Positions 39,651-52,582 of a DNA stretch of 64,000 nt are shown piece by piece. The translations under genes and the position numbers were made by a program. Under the pieces are notes generated by a model. That model had not been told where the DNA came from and searched no databases. It saw only the letters and a list, made by a program, of their open reading frames with translations. Within the stretch, counting starts at the first letter, position 1. Each line of letters opens with the position of its first letter. Source of the DNA: Octopus sinensis (taxonomy: Eukaryota); contig NC_043004.1 of assembly GCF_006345805.1 (NCBI RefSeq), positions 94,922,001 through 94,986,000 on the forward strand, in the 5' to 3' direction.

Positions 39651-40584
39651 TTTATCATATATATATATATATATATTCGTATATTTTGATGATGGTTTTA
39701 GTGAATCGGTTATGTATATGCTGGAACTCCAATTCCAGAGTTACAGGTAAGTATATTACTTGCATAGTCTGTTGCTCGGATTAGCAACACCAAATAACTA
39801 TCTCTGTGCAGCAAGAATTTGATCCAGGTTTCCATTCTGAGGATAACTTCATTGCTACTTCGAATAAAATCTGAAGCCCTGGACATTAATATATGAATGC
39901 ATGTTTACACACACACACACACACACACACATACACACATATATATTGTAAGCATGTATGTATAGATGTATGTATGTAACAGGTAAGTAATAGGTAGGTC
40001 GGTAGGTAGGTAGGTAGGTAGGTAGGTAGGTAGGTAGGTAGGTAGGTAGGTATGTGTATGTGAAAAACTTAAGCACTGACAGCGTGTAAAATGCAGGAAA
40101 CATTATATAAACATGGAAGTTATTTCCTCTCATTTGCCCTTAATTGAAGATCAACGCAATTTTGGTACGTTATTAACAGGATTGCTCAATTTAGGTTGCT
40201 ATTACTGATACCAAGGACATGACTACAAAAACTACAGGAAAAATTATGCAGAACAAATGACTGATTTTTCTTTAACCTAATGAGAAATTAGTTCGTGTGA
40301 AATAAGCTGAGTGCAGAATGAAATGGGGAAAAAATTATAAAAAGTGAAGTCTTTAATTTCGGGTGAAAAAAAAACAAAAAAACAACATACCAGAAACAGT
40401 TACCTATAAAGTAATGTTAAGGGGATATAATAAGAGAGCATTGGAAGTTAGCCCTTGGTCAATGAGAGATACATAGCAGACAATAAGATGACAGGTATCA
40501 GATACTGTGACACCTGAGCTTCATTCATGGGATGATCGAAAAGCATACTGAGAAAAGATACAATAAAACAGGGAGGGGATGGTG

Positions 40585-40905
40585 GTGCTGGAGGAAGAGA
40601 AGCAAGAGGAGGAAGAAGAGGAGCTAGAGATGAAAGACGGGTAGAGGAGGAGGGAGAGGATCTAGAGATAGAAGAGGGGTTGAGGAGGAGGAGGAGGGGG
40701 AGCTAGAAGTGGAAGAGGAGGTAGAGGAGCAAGAAGATGAGATGGAGGAGCAGGAGGAGGAGATAGAGGTGGAGGAGATGATAGATGTGCAGGAGGAGGG
40801 GATAGAGGAGGAAGAGGAGGAGTAGGAGGGGATATAGGAAGAGGAGAAGAAGGAGGAGATTGACAAGCAGGAGGAGGAGATAAAGGAGCAGAAGGAGAAG
40901 GATGC
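40585..40905 (+). repeat. Purine-rich (GGA/GAA/GAT) low-complexity tract
   Basis: About 320 bp of almost pure G/A on the plus strand. Confidence 0.9.
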
Positions 40906-41216
40906 GTGTGGAGATGAGAATTAGAGAGAAAATGAAAGATGAGAGAAAGAGAACGAAAAAAGCGAAGAAGCTAATCGCTTAGAAATACACATTCATGTGG
41001 AGAAAAATGATAGCGACGCATTACGCCTTAACATTACTTTCACAAAATCGTTTCTGCCTCTGTCCACTGTTTCTTACCTTTGTTCTTTTGTCCCACGTTC
41101 TATTTGCTTCCGTCATGCTAGCTGACTTTTCGTTATGTCCATCGACTTCAACATTTGTTGTCCTTAATTTTTCATGTTTTCGTATACTGGTAACTTCGTT
41201 CTCCGATATACATACG

Positions 41217-41261
<45 letters not shown>

Positions 41262-41266
<5 letters not shown>

Positions 41267-41666
41267 TAACCCAAACAAGAAAACACAAAAAGACACAACA
41301 ACGCGAGGACGTGGAACAAATATAGTATTATTGGACGCTCAGGAAAGAAGGGAAGAAGGAGGGTTTAACATTTCGAGCGGAGCTCTTCGTCGGAAACATA
41401 GGAGAAGGAAAGATCCAGAGAAGGGAAGACAGAGGAAAAAAACGCCAACGGTACACACGAGGTCACATTTTGAAATATATATACAAAACGGGACAAGAAC
41501 GCAAAACATCTGGATAGTTAGGTGATACAAAAATGGGACAACAAAACATCCAGATAGACGATACAAAGAAAACAAGGACGAGTCATTTTCTTTCCTCAGT
41601 CGAGTATCAGATTATCTTCGCTATTTTGGCTGATTATACTCGAGATTGCTCCAATATGATATACAT

Positions 41667-41706
<40 letters not shown>

Positions 41707-41775
41707 TATATATACATATATATACATATATATACACACACTCTCACATGCACGCACACACACACACACACACAC

Positions 41776-41824
<49 letters not shown>

Positions 41825-42325
41825 TATATATATAAAGTTAACCCAAACAAGAAAACACAAAAAGACACAACAACGCGAGGACGTGGAACAAATATAGTAT
41901 TATTGGACGCTCAGGAAAGAAGGGAAGAAGGAGGGTTTAACATTTCGAGCGGAGCTCTTCGTCGGAAACATAGGAGAAGGAAAGATCCAGAGAAGGGAAG
42001 ACAGAGGAAAAAAATCGCCAACGGTACACACGAGGTCACATTTTGAAATATATATACAAAACGGGACAAGAACGCAAAACATCTGGATAGTTAGGTGATA
42101 CAAAAATGGGACAACAAAACATCCAGATAGACGATACAAAGAAAACAAGGACGAGTCATTTTCTTTCCTCAGTCGAGTATCAGATTATCTTCGCTATTTT
42201 GGCTGATTATACTCGAGATTGCTCCAATATGATATACATACATACATGTATATATATATACATATATATACATATATATATATACATATATATATACATA
42301 TAATACACACACTCTCACATGCACG

Positions 42326-42400
<75 letters not shown>
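41262..42400. repeat. Tandem duplication of a 572-bp unit (PLE-terminal-repeat-like sequence plus microsatellites)
   Basis: aaagttaacccaaacaag starts at 41262 and 41834; the ~400 unique bp differ by one visible indel; each unit has a hammerhead-like motif (41363-41397 and 41935-41969). Confidence 0.95.
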
Positions 42401-42404
<4 letters not shown>

Positions 42405-43179
42405 GAGAAGTTGTGGTTATAAGAGATAATGGTGTCATTGAGACCCAATGGTGTCATTGAGACCCAAAGGTGTCAGGTAATGCTGAATAAGTGCTATAGA
42501 CATACCATAGTTAAGTTACAGATTCGGTCATATTGCGAATAAAGGGTTCAACGTTGATTCTATGTCAGCGTGTGTATATATGAATTTTTTGTGTAATGAG
42601 ATAAAAAAAACAAGGCTGTATAAATACAAACCTTGAATCTGCTACACTCTATATAAACTCCCCACTGGGAATGACCAACTTTAAGAGAATCTTACATTGT
42701 TTATAAACTCTATATCTGGATGGACTCATATCAAACTCTGTTGGACTTTGGATTTTACTCAAAGGATACTGGAATATTACACATATATACCATTATGCCT
42801 ATAAAACGGATTTACGAATTCAATAACCATACATACATTTGAAGTTGCTGAAAATATTTTTATATAGACTATGTTAGATTTTCATTTTAAAACTATCTTT
42901 ATAGTATCTTTTCTGTGGTTTAATCTGTTTCATTCTGTGGTTTAATCTCATTGTTCTGTTGATACTGGAATTTTTACATTCCGACTGCTGTTCCTGTTGA
43001 TGCTGCTGAGTCTCCAACTGTTTATCCTGTTTGTAGTTCGGGTCAGTGTTTGTATTGTGCATTGTGTGTGTAAGGCGTTAGGTACCTGGACTGCTGATGT
43101 TAGTTTATTTCATTGGATATTTGCTGTACAGAGTGTGTCTGGTGTTTGTGGGTTGTTTTGTTTAGGTTGTATTATAGAA

Positions 43180-43448
43180 TTGATAGTGAATTGATAGTGA
43201 CTTGTGTAGAATGTGGGCTGTTCCTAGCAGGGCTACTTTTGTGATAGTGCGTAGTGTTGAGGATCCAGGTATAGCTTCTACGTTTTTGTTGATATGATTT
43301 TATATTATGCCCAATGTTCCAATTATTGCTAGTATTGTTTTCAACTTCTTGCCCCACATCTTGAATACTTCAATTCCAGGTGTTTGTACTTTGACAATTT
43401 CTCCACTTCTTTTTGGATAATATTTTGATCAGAAGGTACTGCAATCAG
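43180..43448 (-). pseudogene. R4/Dong-type (RLE) non-LTR retrotransposon C-terminal fragment
   Basis: IAVPSDQNIIQKEVEKLSKYKHLE, then after a frameshift KMWGKKLKTILAIIGTLGII*NHINKNVEAIPGSSTLRTITKVALLGTAHILHKSLSI, the typical C-terminus of the restriction-like endonuclease. Confidence 0.75.
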
Positions 43449-43474
43449 CATCATCATCATAATCATCACCATCA

Positions 43475-43529
<55 letters not shown>

Positions 43530-43551
43530 CATTATTATTATTATTATTATT

Positions 43552-43608
<57 letters not shown>

Positions 43609-43610
43609 GA
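43449..43610. repeat. (CAT)n-(TAT)n-(TGT)n array
   Basis: Directly visible; abuts the truncated 5' end of the R4/Dong fragment. Confidence 0.95.
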
Positions 43611-44164
43611 TGTTGTGTCAGAGAGTGTATACTGTCAGTCAAAACGTCTGACAATACTTAGCAACATCCCTGTGCATCCTGAGTACAAATGTCACAGAAA
43701 TAAACTTTGCCTTTCATCTACAAAACTTTGCTTGATTCACTTCACATCGCCCTACCTCATGAATCATGGCCTTGTGCCAATCTGAGTAATCATTGTTATT
43801 AGCATTGTCATATTGCCAAACACTGGGTGTTTGGATATATTTTTTTGTGGCCATAAACCTGGCAATAATAAATTATCTCGAAGTTGCTTCCAGGCATTCC
43901 TTTAATTGCAGTTAGGGTTCAGAGGGTGAAAATGCAGATATTTTTTTTCCCTTTCTGTTTCAATGTGAACATAGTGTAAGAAATATCAAACATCTGAACC
44001 AAATGAGATATTTTTAATAAGGACATTTAAGTTTTTATACATGTATGTAGGTAGGTAGGTAGGTAAGTAGGTATGCATGTGTGTATGTATACACACATAT
44101 GTTCATCTATATATTTAGCAATCAAACTATCAATCTACATACATAAATTAATAGTTAGATAGAA

Positions 44165-44293
44165 ATATGTGTGTATGCGTGTATATATACATACTGATAT
44201 GTATGAATACGTATACGTATTTTTTATACTTAAATATACATATATATATATATATGCATATATATATATATATGCATATATATATATATATGC

Positions 44294-44327
<34 letters not shown>

Positions 44328-44384
44328 GAAAAAATATATATATCTGTATATGTGCATATACATGTTCATAAACATATATATATG

Positions 44385-44415
<31 letters not shown>

Positions 44416-44418
44416 GCA

Positions 44419-44459
<41 letters not shown>

Positions 44460-44485
44460 GCATATATATATATATAATATATATA

Positions 44486-44520
<35 letters not shown>

Positions 44521-44521
44521 C

Positions 44522-44561
<40 letters not shown>

Positions 44562-44566
44562 TATAT

Positions 44567-44609
<43 letters not shown>

Positions 44610-44849
44610 AAATATATATATCTGTATATGTGCATATACATGTTCATAAACATATATATATGTATATATACATACATACATATACCTATATATATATGTG
44701 CATACCTACAATATATGCGCTCATTTATATGTATATATATACGTGTGTGAATGTATCAATTTATAAAGTTATGCATTCATAGAAACATCTACGTATATAA
44801 ATAAATATACACACATATATATAGTATGTATATATATATATATATATGC

Positions 44850-44935
<86 letters not shown>

Positions 44936-45030
44936 AATGTAGATACATGCATATATATGTGCGTGTATATTTATACATACATACATACATACATTCACTT
45001 ATACACATATGTGCGTGCACATGTGTGCAT
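44165..45030. repeat. ~870-bp (TA)n-rich array with an internal higher-order duplication
   Basis: gaaaaaatatatatatctgtatatgtgcatatacatgttcataaacat occurs at ~44328 and ~44606. Confidence 0.92.
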
Positions 45031-45554
45031 GTAAACTTACACATACACATCCATATTCACTATATCTACTTCGACTAGCTTTCCTTTATTAACTCCTCTT
45101 TATTAACTTTCCTATATAAAATAACCATGATGTCTCAACTGTATGCTATGTAAATAATTAAAAGGTTCTCAAAGGGGAAATTACTGACAGCAATAGACAA
45201 TATATGAATTAATAAATTCTCTACTTGTAAATATATCTTATCTGTTTTGAAGTAAATGTATGTATTCTAAAATCTTCAGCAAACGATATTAAGTAAGATG
45301 GGCAATGAAGCAATTTGTTTTCTACCACATAGTCCATAGTTAGCAATGTAGCACTCATGTTGTTTTCAGAGTCTCCCAGACAGGTGAAGAGATGGAAGAG
45401 AACTACTTTCAGGCCAAAGACGTAACCTAAGTGTTTACACCAATGTGAATTTTGCTTAGGTTACTGAAGGTTTTACTAGTGAATTTCGGTACAGTAAACA
45501 GCTTTTACCGGCACTAACATCGTATAGATTAGTATTATGACATGGATGAGAGAA

Positions 45555-45780
45555 GGCGGTGAGCTAGCAGAATTATTAGCACGCCGAGCGAAATGCTTAG
45601 TGGCATTTCGTCCGTCTTTACGTTCTGAGTTCAAACTCCAGTGATGTAAACTTTGTCTTTCATCTTTTCAAAGTCAATAAAATAAGTACCAGTTGAGCAC
45701 TGGGGTCGATGTAATCAACTTATTCTACCAACGAAATTTCTGGCCTCATACCAGAACTTGAAAGCATTATGACAAGAATG
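45555..45780 (+). mobile_element. Old family A-related SINE
   Basis: ggcggtgagctagcagaattattagcacgcc..gttctgagttcaaactcc..aagtaccagttgagcactggggtcgatg. Confidence 0.75.
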
Positions 45781-46578
45781 AGAATAGCAATAATGGACTG
45801 GGTAAAGGAGTCTTCTTTTTATAAGTACTTGTGAGCCAGGAAACACAGGTGAGTAGGGACAATTGTAGGGCTCTTTGATTTACCTTTCATGATGTCCAGT
45901 CACGCATTAGTCCAACTCACTTCAGTGGTTCTCAAAGTTGTCTACCTTGACAAAAAATATTATTGAAAATGTTTTGAATTCCCATTTTTTATTAATGATA
46001 AATTCAAAGTTTGCGATCACAAAACACTTCTTTCTTTGTCATAGTACAGGGCTAGTTTAAAATCATTTTTATCATACTAAGCATGACAATTTGCGTGTTA
46101 CCTTTTAAAATTTCACAACCTTCAACAATAAGATACACTGATTTAGCTTAAAGTTACTGATGATTTGACAAGCGAATTGGTGAGTACTAATGTTGTACTT
46201 ATTCATGCCAGAGAAAGGACATTGAGAGAAAGACCGTTTGGGTCATCATAGGCAAAACAGCTGAAGGAGTTAATGACTTAGATGAGGATCAATGGTGATG
46301 TAGTGTACAGTCAGATCTGTTTAACTTGTGCTGGTATAAAGAAATAGATCAATGAGGATCTTATAATAAAATTTTGTTTAAGAATTGACTATGTTGCTGC
46401 ATAGACAATAAAGAATTAATGAACAATTAGAGGATTCTCTATTCAACTTTGAAATTAAAAGAATTTGGTACAAGTTGTCTAGAAATGTTGTTTCTGTGCT
46501 GGTTTTAGAAATTGTGGTTCTTTATTCTCAAGTCAGCCTTCAATCAAGAAAATCTATAGCAATTGCATCTTCTCTTTA

Positions 46579-47865
46579 TCAGGTTCAGAAAAAGTAAGCA
46601 ACGTTTTGAATCATGAAGAATTTGTACCAGATTTTTGCAGAGTTTTGAATTTTTTAAAACATTTTTTTTTTCTGCAATTGTCTGATAAAACAGACATAGA
46701 CTTTTACAAATGCATCAATAAATTAACATCGCTATTTTTTCACCGTTGTTACAGTCATCTGAAATGGAACTATCAAAGCTCGATATTCGAGCAATTTTGC
46801 TATTCAACTTCAAAAAAGGACGTAAAGCAGCTAAAACTGCCCACGATATCAAGGAAACGTTTGGTGAGAAAATGACCAGTGAGAGCTCAGCTCGAAAATG
46901 GCTTAAACAATTTTGCAGTGGTGACCTGAGCCTTCAAGATCGTGAGCGTATTGAACGCCTATCTGTCATTGATGACAGTCAGTTAAAGACCGTCATTGAG
47001 AAAGATCCACGTAAAACCACTCCAGAGCTGGCAAAAGAACTTCAAGTTAGCTAGAAAACCGCTTGCAACCATTTGCATAATATTGGAAAATCAAAAAAGC
47101 TTGACAAATGGGTACCACACGACTTGAATGAAAATCAGAAAATGCGCAGATATGAAATTTGCTAGTCGCTTCTTCTCCGTAACCAGACCGACCCATTTCT
47201 CGATAGTATTGTAACTTAGGATGAAAAGTGGACTTTTTACAATAATAAAAAACGTTCTTCGCAGTGGCTGGACCAAAATAAAGGATCAAAAATCTTCTCT
47301 AAACCCGAGCTCTTCAAATGGAAGGTTATGGTCATTGTTTGGTAGTTTACTGCTGGACTCATCCACTATAACTTCTTAAGATTCGGATAAACCATTACTG
47401 CAGAAACATATTACCATGAGGTTGCCAAAGTGAAGGAAAAAATGCTAGTCCTCCATCCCAGACTGGTCAACAGAAGAGGGACAATCATTCTTCATGACAA
47501 TGCTCGACGACACGTTTCTCTAACGACACTCTAGAAGTTGAGAGCACTTAGCTACGAAGTTCTTCCAGCCCAGGTTATTCACCAGACGTTTCTCCTACCG
47601 AATATCACTTTTTTAAGCACCTTGATGGCTTCCTGCAAGAGAAGGACTTCAAAAATCAAACCGATGCTGAAAGTGCGTCGAAAGAGTTCATCAGCTCCAG
47701 AACTTCAGATTTTTATGTTACCGGAATAAACAAACTTGTAACTCGTTGGCAAAAGTATGTTGATTGTAATGGTACTTACTTTGATGAATAAAATTTCCGC
47801 ATTGTTAAAATATATTGTGATGAATTTCATGTTTCAAAACGTTGCTTACTTTTTACTCAGCCTGG
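46579..47865 (+). mobile_element. Full-length mariner (DD34D family) element with a pseudogenised transposase (~46764-47791)
   Basis: About 1.29 kb, TA-flanked TIRs (tcaggttcagaaaaagtaagcaacgttttgaa / ttcaaaacgttgcttactttttactcagcctgg). Translation gives MELSKLDIRAILLFNFKKG, KWVPHDL, T*DEKW, HDNARRH and YSPDVSPTEYH, with multiple stops. Confidence 0.92.
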
Positions 47866-48789
47866 TAGATGACATGTCACAAATTACATTATTAATGTGT
47901 CCTTTTATTTCTTTAGAATAGAAGGGTGTGGTTTTAAAGAGAATTAGTTACTATTTCTATCAGTTTGAGCAACTATAGAAAGGCTTCATGTGTGATATCT
48001 ATTATTATTGTTGCTTAACCCCAAGTCAGGAGACCTATCACCAAAAGCGTTTTAGTTGTCACCATTCTATTTTACTCAGACAACTATAATATCCAAAATG
48101 TTCCACGCTTTTTGAAGACAGTAAGATACAATATAAGAGATTTTCTGATGCTTCTAGCAGTTCAAGCGATAACATGTTTCCCATCTGTGTGACGTTGTTG
48201 TTGTAACTGTTTAGCTCGAGTTAACTCTAATCAAGCGTATTTATTGATTAAAGGGGCCGCAATCATGAAAATCACATTTTTTTTCCAGGACATAGTTATA
48301 TCATATTACTTAATGTATCATTCCTTCTTATTAAGACAGTAGAATGTGATTTGCAAATGTGTATCTATAGTGGTAATAGTTCTGTTGGCAGTAGTGATGG
48401 CGGCGTAAACATTGGTACCAGTGGTAGTGGTAGTGGTAGTGGCTGTCTTATTATGATCTTCGATAGATTATTTTCAGTAATTGCAGTAGCTGCGATCTGT
48501 TGCTACGTCATGCTAACCTAAGTCCAGGACAAATGAACATTTTGGGGAACCGTAATCAGAGTGGGAGGTGGGGGGGGGGAAGCTATCATTGTGGTAGTCA
48601 GGGTATCGTGTCTGCCTGCAACAATGAAATAGCACCGCTCCCAGAAGGCACACAAGAAGATATAGTGAAGGTAAGAACATTCACAACTCTCCAGTCACCT
48701 ACTTGGCTGCATATCAGAGAGGTGGTGTCTTGAACATCTTCAGAGATGAAGAATGGACATAATAAAAGTAGTGTTGATGATATTGCTAA

Positions 48790-49739
48790 TAGTGATAATG
48801 GCAGTGATGGTGTTGGAGAAGGGACGGTGATGGTGGGGAAGGGGGTGGAAGTAGTGTTGTGATGGTTGTGGCAGTGGCGGCGGTAGCGGCGGCGGTGGTG
48901 ATGGTGTGGTGGTGGTGGTGGTGGTGGTGGTGGTGGTGGTGGTGGTGGTGGTGATGGTGATAGGGGTAGAAGTAGTGTTGTGATGTAGTGGCAGTTGCGT
49001 CGGTAGCGGCGGCAGTGGTGATGGTGGTGGTGTGGTGGTGGTGGTGGTGGTGGTGGTGATAGGGGTAGAAGTAGTGTTGTGATGTAGTGGCAGTTGCGTC
49101 GGTAGCGGCGGCAGTGGTGATGGTGGTGGTGGTAGTGGTGGTAGTGGTGGTGGTGGTGGTGGTGATAGGGGTAGAAGTAGTGTTGTGATGTAGTGGCAGT
49201 GGCGGCGGTAGCGGCGGCAGTGGTGATGGTGGTGGTGGTGTTGGTGGTAGCTATCTTCCCACATTTACTTGCGACAGTGGAAATAGTGAGGAAAGTTATG
49301 GTAGCAAGACGGCAGCAGCGACAAGAGGTGGAGGAGGAGGAGAAGAAAGACGAGAAGAAGAAAGAAGAAGAAGAAGAAGAAAAAGAAGAAGAAGAAGAAG
49401 AAGAAAAAGAAGAGGAAGAACAAGAGGAAGAACAAGATAATGAGGAGGAGGGGGAGAAGAAGAGGAAGAAGATGATAATGAGGAGGAGGGGAAGAAGAGG
49501 AGAAGATGATAATGAGGAGGAGGAGGAGAAGAAGCGGAAGAAGAGGAAGACGAGGAGGAGGAGGAGGAGAAGAAGCGGAAGAAGAGGAAGACGAGGAGGA
49601 GGAGAATAAGAGGAAGACGAGGAGGAGAATAAGAGGATGATGAGGAGAAGTGGAAGAGAAGAAGAGAAGAATAGGAGTTCTGATGATTGTATGTGTACAT
49701 TCACTCTTAATTTCAACAGTGACTGTAGTGGTGGTGGTG

Positions 49740-49792
<53 letters not shown>

Positions 49793-50334
49793 CATCGTAG
49801 CAGTAGTAGTTGTTGAAGTAACAGTAGTAACAGTGGTAGTGGTGGTGTTTGTGGTGATGGGGGAGATTGTGGTGATGCTGGTATCTCTCCTCCCACTATT
49901 GCTCTCACATTGACAGTAGTAGTGGTGGTGATGGTAGTGGTGATGGTAGTGGTGATGGTGGTGATGGTGGTGGCTGTCCTCACACTCCTTTCACTCAACA
50001 GTGACAGCAGTGGTAGTAATGTTGTTGTTGCTGCTGTTGATAGTAGTGGTGATGCTGGTGCTGGTATTGTTGTTGGTGGTGGTGGTGCTGCTGCTGCTGC
50101 TGATGATGGTTATGGTAATGATGATGATGATAATGCTGCTGCTGTTGATGCCGGTGGTTCTGGTAGTGGTGGTGGTGGTGGTCCTGATGATGATGATGGT
50201 GGTGGTGGTGGTGGTGATGATGATGATGATAATGCTGGTGGTTCTGGTAGGGGTGCTGCTGATGGTGGTGGTTCTGATGATGATGATAATGATGATGATG
50301 GTGGTGGTGATGATGATGATGATGATGGTGGTGA

Positions 50335-50368
<34 letters not shown>

Positions 50369-50400
50369 GATGATGATGATGATGATGATGGTGGTGATGA

Positions 50401-50434
<34 letters not shown>

Positions 50435-50436
50435 GG

Positions 50437-50500
<64 letters not shown>
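48790..50500. repeat. Compound triplet array: (GGT)n, (GAA/GGA)n, (GTA)n, (GAT/GGT/GCT)n
   Basis: Directly visible; source of the long H/P/T, E/K and D/G ORFs. Confidence 0.95.
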
Positions 50501-50501
<1 letters not shown>

Positions 50502-52419
50502 CCGGTGGCTCTTCTTCCACTATTACTCTCCACCGTCACAGTAGTGATCCTAGCTGTGCAATCACCCAAAACATTTTGCAAACAAATTTACTTCAATTAT
50601 TTCTCTCATTGGCTTTACTTTTCATTTAATTTTTATTTATTTTTATTTCATTTTTTTCTTTTATTCTACTTCCTAAATTTGTATTTTATCTATTAATTTT
50701 TCTTCCATTTAATTGATAATATTTTGTATTTTAATCTTCTTCCTAATTTATTTTCAATTTACATATTGATTATATTTATTTATTTATTTATTTGTATTTC
50801 TTTCATATATTTTTCATATATTTAAATATATTCCTTTTATAATTTTCTTTCATGTTTTCTGTATTGGTAATTATTATATCTAAACTTTACAGTTGACATA
50901 TATTCATTTTCTGTCTACTTTTTTAACTTTAAACTTTCTCAACATTTTCTTAATGTCTTCACTTCTTCATTTTCATTTACAATTAATTCCAATGACATCC
51001 TTAACCAAATCTGCAGTGCAGTCGCAATTACCACCTGCATGCATTGCATTCTGTTAGTTGTTTTTCGGTGCACTATTGGTTCTTGAAACCTGACGTCTCC
51101 ATTCTTTCCCTACTGCGACTGTCATCTTTTGTTGCACAAGAAACTAGGGCTTATATATATATTGAGTTGGTAGTGAGGGCTGACGAGGATTTGGGTGGTA
51201 CCAGACCATAATGATTTCATCGCGGTTATTGATACTTAACCCAGGTCAGACTTGATAATGCAGATCTGCGATCAAAAGCATTCCATCCATGGCCATTTTG
51301 TCTTTTACCTATGCACAAGGAACCTTGGATCACATACTGAAATGTGTCTCATTCTAAGCTAGTAGGCTTGTGAGTTGAGGGAAATTTGCGAACTATTTCT
51401 TGCATGACTAGCAACCAATTACAGGCTCAATTTTTGTTGGTCGGCAGTGGTGTCTTAGTTATATTTATGATGGTGATAATGGTAGTAATGTCTGGCATTG
51501 TTACTATTGTTGATATTGTGATAGAGGGGAGCTAATAGCGTTGTTATTGGTGGGAGCAGTGGAAGTGGTGGTAGTGGTGGTAGTGGTGATGGTGGGCTTT
51601 CACAGTGTTGGTGATGGTGACAGTATATGTTTATGTGCTGTTGTTGCTGGTTTTGTTCTTGTTATTGTAGGTGGTGGTGGTGGTGGTGGTGATATTCGAT
51701 GGTGTTGGTGGCAGTGGTGAAGTCAACAGCATTAAGTGGCATCGATGATGGCGGGAAAGCTAGTGCATTTGGTGGTGTTGTTGATGGCAGTATGGCAATG
51801 TGATGGTGCAGTGTTTTGTGGTACTGGAATTGATAGCTATTTGTAGTGGTGGCGAAGGCGGCGGTGGCGGCAGTGGAAGTGGGGGCGGTGGGATTGGGGG
51901 TGGGGTGGTGGTAGAGGTAGTGGTGTTTAGTGGTGTTGGTAGCGTTAGGTGTGATAACATTTACTATACATTTGCCCTTTGCCCTACCTCTAAAGAGAGT
52001 GAGCAAGTGCTGTCTTCTGTGCAGCGATGCACTGACAGGTCAATGAATAAACACATCCTTCCGGTGCACAACTTGTGCACTTCTGTTGTAATTAGATATT
52101 TGTGAACGGCCGAAATTATTTGTAGGGATGTGGATATTGCTCGGCTGAGACTGGGGCGGTGGGGTTGTTGAAATTTAGTGCTGAGTTGGGGAGGGACCCT
52201 ATAGGGATTGCTATTCATATGCATGTATCTAATGATGTATGTGTATGAATATATATACACGGACACAAGCATACACAGGCATACACGCGCGCACACACAC
52301 ACATATGCATACATACTGTAACAAGGAGAGGAAGAGAAGAGAGTGATTACAACAGAATTGGGTAATGAGGAAAGATAATTTAAATGAGATTGCTCGATGC
52401 ATACATAGCTAGGTATATG

Positions 52420-52539
52420 TGTGTACACACACACACACACACACACACATACACACACATGCATGTATATACACACAGACTCACAGACATATATGAAAAG
52501 AGAAAGCAAGATTGATGCATATATATATATATTATATAT

Positions 52540-52582
<43 letters not shown>

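Noticed and set aside
41262-42400. CRISPR-like or repeat-spacer reading of the tandem units here and at 48.8-49.2 kb
   Set aside because: The context is eukaryotic, the spacers are microsatellites, and no cas-like ORFs are present.
46147-46179. Possible 33-nt exon (LKVTDDLTSEL|gtgagt)
   Set aside because: The donor is good but the acceptor is weak, it is too short to identify, and it has no linked exons.
48598-49795. 372-aa and other His/Pro/Ser/Glu-rich ORFs
   Set aside because: Several frames on both strands are open because the triplet arrays lack stops; there is no splice or homology support.
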